Below are positions 28,687 to 32,000 of a stretch of DNA of 32,000 bases, in pieces. The position numbers and the translations under genes are program-made. The first letter of the stretch is position 1, and each line of letters starts with the position of its first letter. The stretch is from Desulfobulbus propionicus DSM 2032 (GTDB taxonomy: Bacteria > Desulfobacterota > Desulfobulbia > Desulfobulbales > Desulfobulbaceae). The notes below the pieces were generated by a model that had not been told where the DNA came from, ran no database searches, and was given only the letters and a program-made list of their open reading frames with translations. The stretch is taken from the NCBI RefSeq assembly GCF_000186885.1, contig NC_014972.1:1110001-1142000 (forward strand). Reading direction: 5' to 3'.

Positions 28687-28750
28687 AGTTAACAACCGGC
28701 TTCACTCGGACCCCGCAAACAGCGCGGGTCCGGTGAGCCAGACGTTGGGC
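28687..28750 (+). other. attC site
   Basis: AGTTAACAACCGGCTTCACTCGGACCCCGCAAACAGCGCGGGTCCGGTGAGCCAGACGTTGGGC; canonical R' GTTGGGC, extra T in left arm. Closely similar to 25330-25394. Confidence 0.93.
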
Positions 28751-28786
28751 CTCGGTCTGCTCCCTGGTCGGTTGAAAACAACCTCG

Positions 28787-28824
28787 GCCCAACCAGTTCA
28801 TCAAGCGGACTAGCCGCTTATGCC
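28787..28824 (+). other. Degenerate attC-like remnant
   Basis: GCCCAACCAGTTCATCAAGCGGACTAGCCGCTTATGCC. R'' complementary to the preceding cassette start GTTGGGC, but no intact R' GTT. Confidence 0.4.
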
Positions 28825-29079
28825 GTCCCTACCAAAACCGAGCATTTCGAGAAGGTCCTTAACAGAGATGCTGTCACGTTGGGTTGACATCAGGTAGTCT
28901 CGGCATGACAAGATAGTAGACTCTGCATCATCAACGTCTGCGCGGAGATCGTCAATCTCGCGTTACAGACGTTGAACCATACACTCTGAACAGCCATCAC
29001 CGTCGAATGGTGCTCCATGTTCGCACGGACCAGGATCTTCGACAATTCCGGAATCAATCTGCATTCTGTAGATATCCAT
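28810..29079 (-). pseudogene. Phage-like small protein gene with in-frame TAA at 28963-28965
   Basis: MDIYRMQIDSGIVEDPGPCEHGAPFDGDGCSECMVQRL*REIDDLRADVDDAESTILSCRDYLMSTQRDSISVKDLLEMLGFGRDGISG*: both halves are in the same frame. Start context GACGGAGAACATAATG. Confidence 0.6.
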
Positions 29080-29102
29080 TATGTTCTCCGTCTGGAATTT
29101 TT

Positions 29103-29151
29103 CCCCAACCAGCAGTTTCAGCAGGCCGAGCTGCTGAACTGCGCGTTCATG
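29103..29151 (+). other. attC site (short)
   Basis: CCCCAACCAGCAGTTTCAGCAGGCCGAGCTGCTGAACTGCGCGTTCATG; extra T in left arm. The exact repeat copy begins at its GTT. Confidence 0.88.
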
Positions 29152-29303
29152 GCGACTGCGTCGCCATGAATCGCGGTGCTGACTGCGTCGAGCACCTTGC
29201 CTGGCGCCTTGCGCCAGAACAAGGTACTCGACCGGACACCGCACACCGATCATTCAAACTTCGTTTGCCTGATCGGCGCACGGCGCCGGTCAGCACCGCG
29301 ATT
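29145..29303 (+). repeat. 159-bp direct repeat, copy 2: ORF-less minimal cassette with nested inverted repeats
   Basis: Identical by eye to 26315-26473; flanked by a different attC on the left and a different cassette on the right. Confidence 0.92.
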
Positions 29304-29343
29304 GTGGCCGTAGGTGCAGCGTGGTCGGTAGATGCCGGCCTCG

Positions 29344-29388
29344 CCACAACCAGTGCCTTACAGCGGACAATCCGCTGAAGTGTTACTC
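29344..29388 (+). other. attC site (short)
   Basis: CCACAACCAGTGCCTTACAGCGGACAATCCGCTGAAGTGTTACTC. R'' CCACAAC is complementary to the cassette start TTGTGG at 29302. Confidence 0.72.
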
Positions 29389-29637
29389 AAAATATTCCTT
29401 TATCAGATAAAGCTGACTCGCAATTCCAAAGGTGCCTAATGAAACGCCCTCGATCTCCTCAGCCAAGTCGTCAAAATCTTCTGGAAGATCATCGTAAATA
29501 TCTCCTTTTTGCTTTGCCCGAGCCTCACCTGCAGATATCATTTCTGTGGACCTGGACGAAACTACTTTGCCACCCTGGAATATTTCGACTGTTTCGCCGT
29601 CAGCGGTGATTGTGATAACTACCTTGTCTGGATACAT
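29383..29637 (-). CDS. Hypothetical protein (84 aa), reverse-oriented cassette gene
   Basis: MYPDKVVITITADGETVEIFQGGKVVSSRSTEMISAGEARAKQKGDIYDDLPEDFDDLAEEIEGVSLGTFGIASQLYLIKEYFE; stop TAA in the R' box. GGAG upstream. Confidence 0.6.
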   Translation of the reverse strand: MYPDKVVITITADGETVEIFQGGKVVSSRSTEMISAGEARAKQKGDIYDDLPEDFDDLAEEIEGVSLGTFGIASQLYLIKEYFE

Positions 29638-29665
29638 GATCACTCCGTTTTTTAAATTTATTCTG

Positions 29666-29713
29666 CCACAACCAGCAGTTTCAGCGGATGAACCGCTGAA
29701 CTGCGCGTTATGC
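29666..29713 (+). other. attC site (short)
   Basis: CCACAACCAGCAGTTTCAGCGGATGAACCGCTGAACTGCGCGTTATGC; CAGTTTCAGCGG versus CAGTTCAGCGG arms. Confidence 0.9.
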
Positions 29714-29845
29714 AGCTTCAAACAGGTTGCATGTTTCATGCACGATACATCCCTTTTTCTGGCACCACATGTCGCGGTCTTCGTTTATTGTCAAACAACC
29801 CGTACAATCTTCACACGACGTTTTTTCACTTATTTCTTCATGCAT
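29708..29845 (-). CDS. Cys-rich 45-aa protein, reverse-oriented cassette gene
   Basis: MHEEISEKTSCEDCTGCLTINEDRDMWCQKKGCIVHETCNLFEAA. Stop in one attC R' box, start ATG in the next attC R'' box. Confidence 0.5.
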   Translation of the reverse strand: MHEEISEKTSCEDCTGCLTINEDRDMWCQKKGCIVHETCNLFEAA

Positions 29846-29894
29846 AACAAGGTCGCTCCAGCCGACCAAAAGAGATCGGCGATAATGGTTAGAT
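29842..29894 (+). other. attC site
   Basis: GCATAACAAGGTCGCTCCAGCCGACCAAAAGAGATCGGCGATAATGGTTAGAT; canonical R' GTTAGAT, R'' complementary to start GTTATGC. Confidence 0.8.
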
Positions 29895-29906
29895 TGCGCT
29901 TGGCCA

Positions 29907-30200
29907 CTACACACCATCTCCGAAGTAAGTACGAGACGCCTTGTCAAGAACATCGTCGACCTCTTGCTCGTCAAACTCACGCCTATACAGCTCTTGCACA
30001 GCGTGGAGCATTTCATGGACCACAGATGTGGTAAATATTTCCTCGAAAGAAATTTCATTTGTTTTATCTGCACAGGCGTTTACCATCGCTTCAATATTTA
30101 CAACAATCTTCGCCTCTGGTTCCGCTACAGATCCAGATAGATATCCAGCAAATGCAGGTATTTCGTTATTGGGCTTAATGCTAAATTTAATTTCCAGCAT
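29907..30200 (-). CDS. Small HExxH metallopeptidase-like protein (97 aa), reverse-oriented cassette gene
   Basis: MLEIKFSIKPNNEIPAFAGYLSGSVAEPEAKIVVNIEAMVNACADKTNEISFEEIFTTSVVHEMLHAVQELYRREFDEQEVDDVLDKASRTYFGDGV. Confidence 0.65.
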   Translation of the reverse strand: MLEIKFSIKPNNEIPAFAGYLSGSVAEPEAKIVVNIEAMVNACADKTNEISFEEIFTTSVVHEMLHAVQELYRREFDEQEVDDVLDKASRTYFGDGV

Positions 30201-30287
30201 AACAAGGTCGCTCCAGCCGACACCGGGAATCATCGCTCATCTTATCGGTATCTCAGCGGCCCGGTGCGGCTGATCTTGGCGTTAGAT
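30197..30287 (+). other. attC site (last one in the window)
   Basis: GCATAACAAGGTCGCTCCAGCCGACACCGGG...CCCGGTGCGGCTGATCTTGGCGTTAGAT; first 25 bp identical to 29842-29866; R' GTTAGAT. Confidence 0.9.
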
Positions 30288-30327
30288 TTCCCAAGAAAGC
30301 ATTACCTGAACAATAAATAAAGGATAA

Positions 30328-31845
30328 ATGATGTCATTCGCAAGGCCGTCAGAATCAATACAAATGAGCCTATTTCCTCAATCAAAACCGGCAACTAAGA
30401 GCGCTGATCTTGATGTTCCTAAAACTTATACCGGCTTGGCAGGTTTTCATAAATATTGGGGAAAGAAACCGATTGAAAGCTTGTGTTATCTTGTTGAAAA
30501 ATGCACCAAAGAAGAAGATGTCGTGATGGACCCTTTTCTCGGCTCTGGTTTAATATCGCTGGAGTGCGTACTTCGAAATAGACGTTTTGTCGGTATTGAT
30601 ATTAATCCGTTTTCAATCGAACATGCATCATTCCTACTCGATTTACCTACAAGTCAGGAATACTATCAGGCTTTGATAGAAATCGAAAATTCTGTTGCTG
30701 AAAAAATCAGAAATACTTATCTGACTTCGGAAGGAAAAATTGCATCGCACTATCTTTGGGAAGGGGATCAAATCGTCTCTGTATGGATTAAACCTGAAAC
30801 AGGGCGAAGCCGAATTGAACTAGTGCCGTCTGCGCTAGACTTAAATTCCTTTTCCACATACAAAGATTACAAGCCGTTACATTTCAGAAATCTCAGATTT
30901 TTCACTAACTCTAGGATTAACGTAAAGCCGACTATGACTGTCAGTGATGTTTTTACTGGGCGGGCGATGCGAAATATCGATTTACTCATTGAATCATTTG
31001 CCAATTATCCAGCGCACTTGAAACGTGCGCTGCTTCTCACATTAACATCTTCGGCTGGTCAGATGTCCAACATGGTCTTTGCCATAAAAAATCGGAGTGC
31101 AGGGAAGAGAAATGGTAACGGCGACAAAATAGAAGTTGGTAGTTGGGTTATTGGGTTTTGGTTGCCGGATACACATTTTGAAATAAACGTATGGAATTGT
31201 TTTAAAAATCGTGCGAATAAACTTCTGAAGGCGTTGCCAGCGGAAAGGAAATACTATGCAGTTTCGAACGACGCAGCATCTGTTGAGAATCTTGGAAATG
31301 ATGCATGGCTTATAAATTCTGACTGTAGGTCAGCATTGAAAGAAATTCCGCCAGAGTCAGTAGCATTCGTTTGTACTGACCCGCCACATAGTGATCGTAT
31401 ACCTTATCTTGAATTGAGTGAGCTATGGAATTCCTTGTTGGGATATTCCGTTGATTTTGACAGTGAAATTGTTGTTTCGAATGCAAAAGAACGTAATAAA
31501 TCAAAAATTAACTACAATTCGGAGATGACCGAATTCTTCTTGGAAATATCAAGGGTTCTTAAACCAAATGGTTACATAGCATTGTACTTCAATGCTCGTG
31601 ACGAGGAAAGCTGGCAATACTTGAAAAACATCGAAAAGATATCTGGCACATTAAACTTTATTGGATGTTTTCCAATGACGTACTCAGCTACCTCCGTTGT
31701 GCAAGATAATCGGAAAGGGGCCATGAAGAACGACTACATCATTATTTATCAGAAGGGGCAACCCTACACTGGACATCCCTTGACGAGTGCTTTTGTACAC
31801 CTTCCTGGATGGTCGTCTCAATTCCCAGCAAATAAAGGAGAGTAA
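30328..31845 (+). CDS. Adenine/cytosine-N DNA methylase-like protein with DPPH catalytic motif
   Basis: TGLAGFHKYWGKKP, DPFLGSGLISLECVLRNRRFVGIDINP, VAFVCTDPPHSDRIPYLELSELW. AAAGGATAAATGATG start. Confidence 0.85.
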   Translation: MMSFARPSESIQMSLFPQSKPATKSADLDVPKTYTGLAGFHKYWGKKPIESLCYLVEKCTKEEDVVMDPFLGSGLISLECVLRNRRFVGIDINPFSIEHASFLLDLPTSQEYYQALIEIENSVAEKIRNTYLTSEGKIASHYLWEGDQIVSVWIKPETGRSRIELVPSALDLNSFSTYKDYKPLHFRNLRFFTNSRINVKPTMTVSDVFTGRAMRNIDLLIESFANYPAHLKRALLLTLTSSAGQMSNMVFAIKNRSAGKRNGNGDKIEVGSWVIGFWLPDTHFEINVWNCFKNRANKLLKALPAERKYYAVSNDAASVENLGNDAWLINSDCRSALKEIPPESVAFVCTDPPHSDRIPYLELSELWNSLLGYSVDFDSEIVVSNAKERNKSKINYNSEMTEFFLEISRVLKPNGYIALYFNARDEESWQYLKNIEKISGTLNFIGCFPMTYSATSVVQDNRKGAMKNDYIIIYQKGQPYTGHPLTSAFVHLPGWSSQFPANKGE

Positions 31846-31851
31846 GTCAAA

Positions 31852-32000
31852 GTGAAAGACTTCAACTATTGGAAGAAATTACACGAAAGTGAGAAATTAG
31901 AAGAGTTTAGCACAGATGAGCTAGGGCTTCTTTGGCTCAAAGTAAAATGTATTGTTAGAAAAGAACTGATTTCAGAGTTTCTCACAGCGAATAATATTGA
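31852..32000 (+). CDS. Hypothetical protein, GTG start, truncated by window edge; likely co-transcribed with the methylase
   Basis: AAAGGAG 12 nt upstream of GTG; VKDFNYWKKLHESEKLEEFSTDELGLLWLKVKCIVRKELISEFLTANNI..., 6 nt after the methylase stop. Confidence 0.65.
   Translation, partial: MKDFNYWKKLHESEKLEEFSTDELGLLWLKVKCIVRKELISEFLTANNI

Larger units (their letters stand above)
22022..30287 (+). mobile_element. Integron gene-cassette array without a visible integrase (CALIN-like)
   Basis: Many imperfect-palindrome attC-like sites (RYYYAAC...GTTRRRY) spaced about 50-1000 bp apart, all in + orientation. In several cassettes the start box is the reverse complement of the R'' box at the other end (GTTGTGTG/CACACAAC, GTTATGCG/CGCATAAC, GTTCGGC/GCCGAAC, GTTAACT/AGTTAAC, GTTATGT/ACATAAC, GTTGGGC/GCCCAAC). 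Confidence 0.9.

Noticed and set aside
28858-28884. Core-like CCTTAAC...GTTGGGT palindrome as a cassette boundary
   Set aside because: Too short for an attC, lacks L boxes, and lies inside the inferred reading frame of the disrupted minus-strand gene.
28929-28968. Possible short attC (CATCAAC...GTTACAG) with a gene stop in the R' box
   Set aside because: The minus-strand reading frame continues across it with sensible sequence (QRL*REIDDLRADVDDAEST), so it is better explained as part of a gene with an in-frame stop.
26315-29303. CRISPR or simple REP interpretation of the repeated hairpins
   Set aside because: Only two long (159-bp) copies 2.8 kb apart with no regular spacers or cas genes. 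Both begin exactly at attC crossover cores, which fits cassette duplication better.

Overview
The window has two parts. (1) About 1-21.6 kb is compact, GC-rich core sequence. It contains a polar amino-acid ABC operon, a periplasmic-binding lipoprotein overlapping a hybrid sensor kinase, an ABC-F ATPase (Uup-like), pheA, an RRM protein, a DEAD-box helicase, a cold-shock protein, a kinase-like protein with a universal stress protein, a PilZ protein, an isochorismatase-family hydrolase, a CSD/excalibur fusion, tag, a pentapeptide-repeat membrane protein, an M24 peptidase and a YbaK-like deacylase. (2) From about 22.02 to 30.29 kb there is an integron-type gene-cassette array. I read roughly 15 attC-like sites in one common orientation and no integrase or attI in the window, so it looks CALIN-like. 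The cassettes carry a trypsin-like peptidase, an adjacent DUF3644/HEPN-like protein with an Rx4H motif, small Cys-rich proteins, an HExxH mini-protein, a SAM methyltransferase-like protein and several reverse-oriented genes. An IS5-family element interrupts the array. The most unusual object is an exactly duplicated, ORF-less cassette of about 156 bp built from nested inverted repeats, present at 26316-26471 and 29146-29301. After the last attC, a DPPH-type DNA methylase begins what may be a modification/defence module continuing beyond the right edge. Everything here was read by eye; no database search or folding was run.
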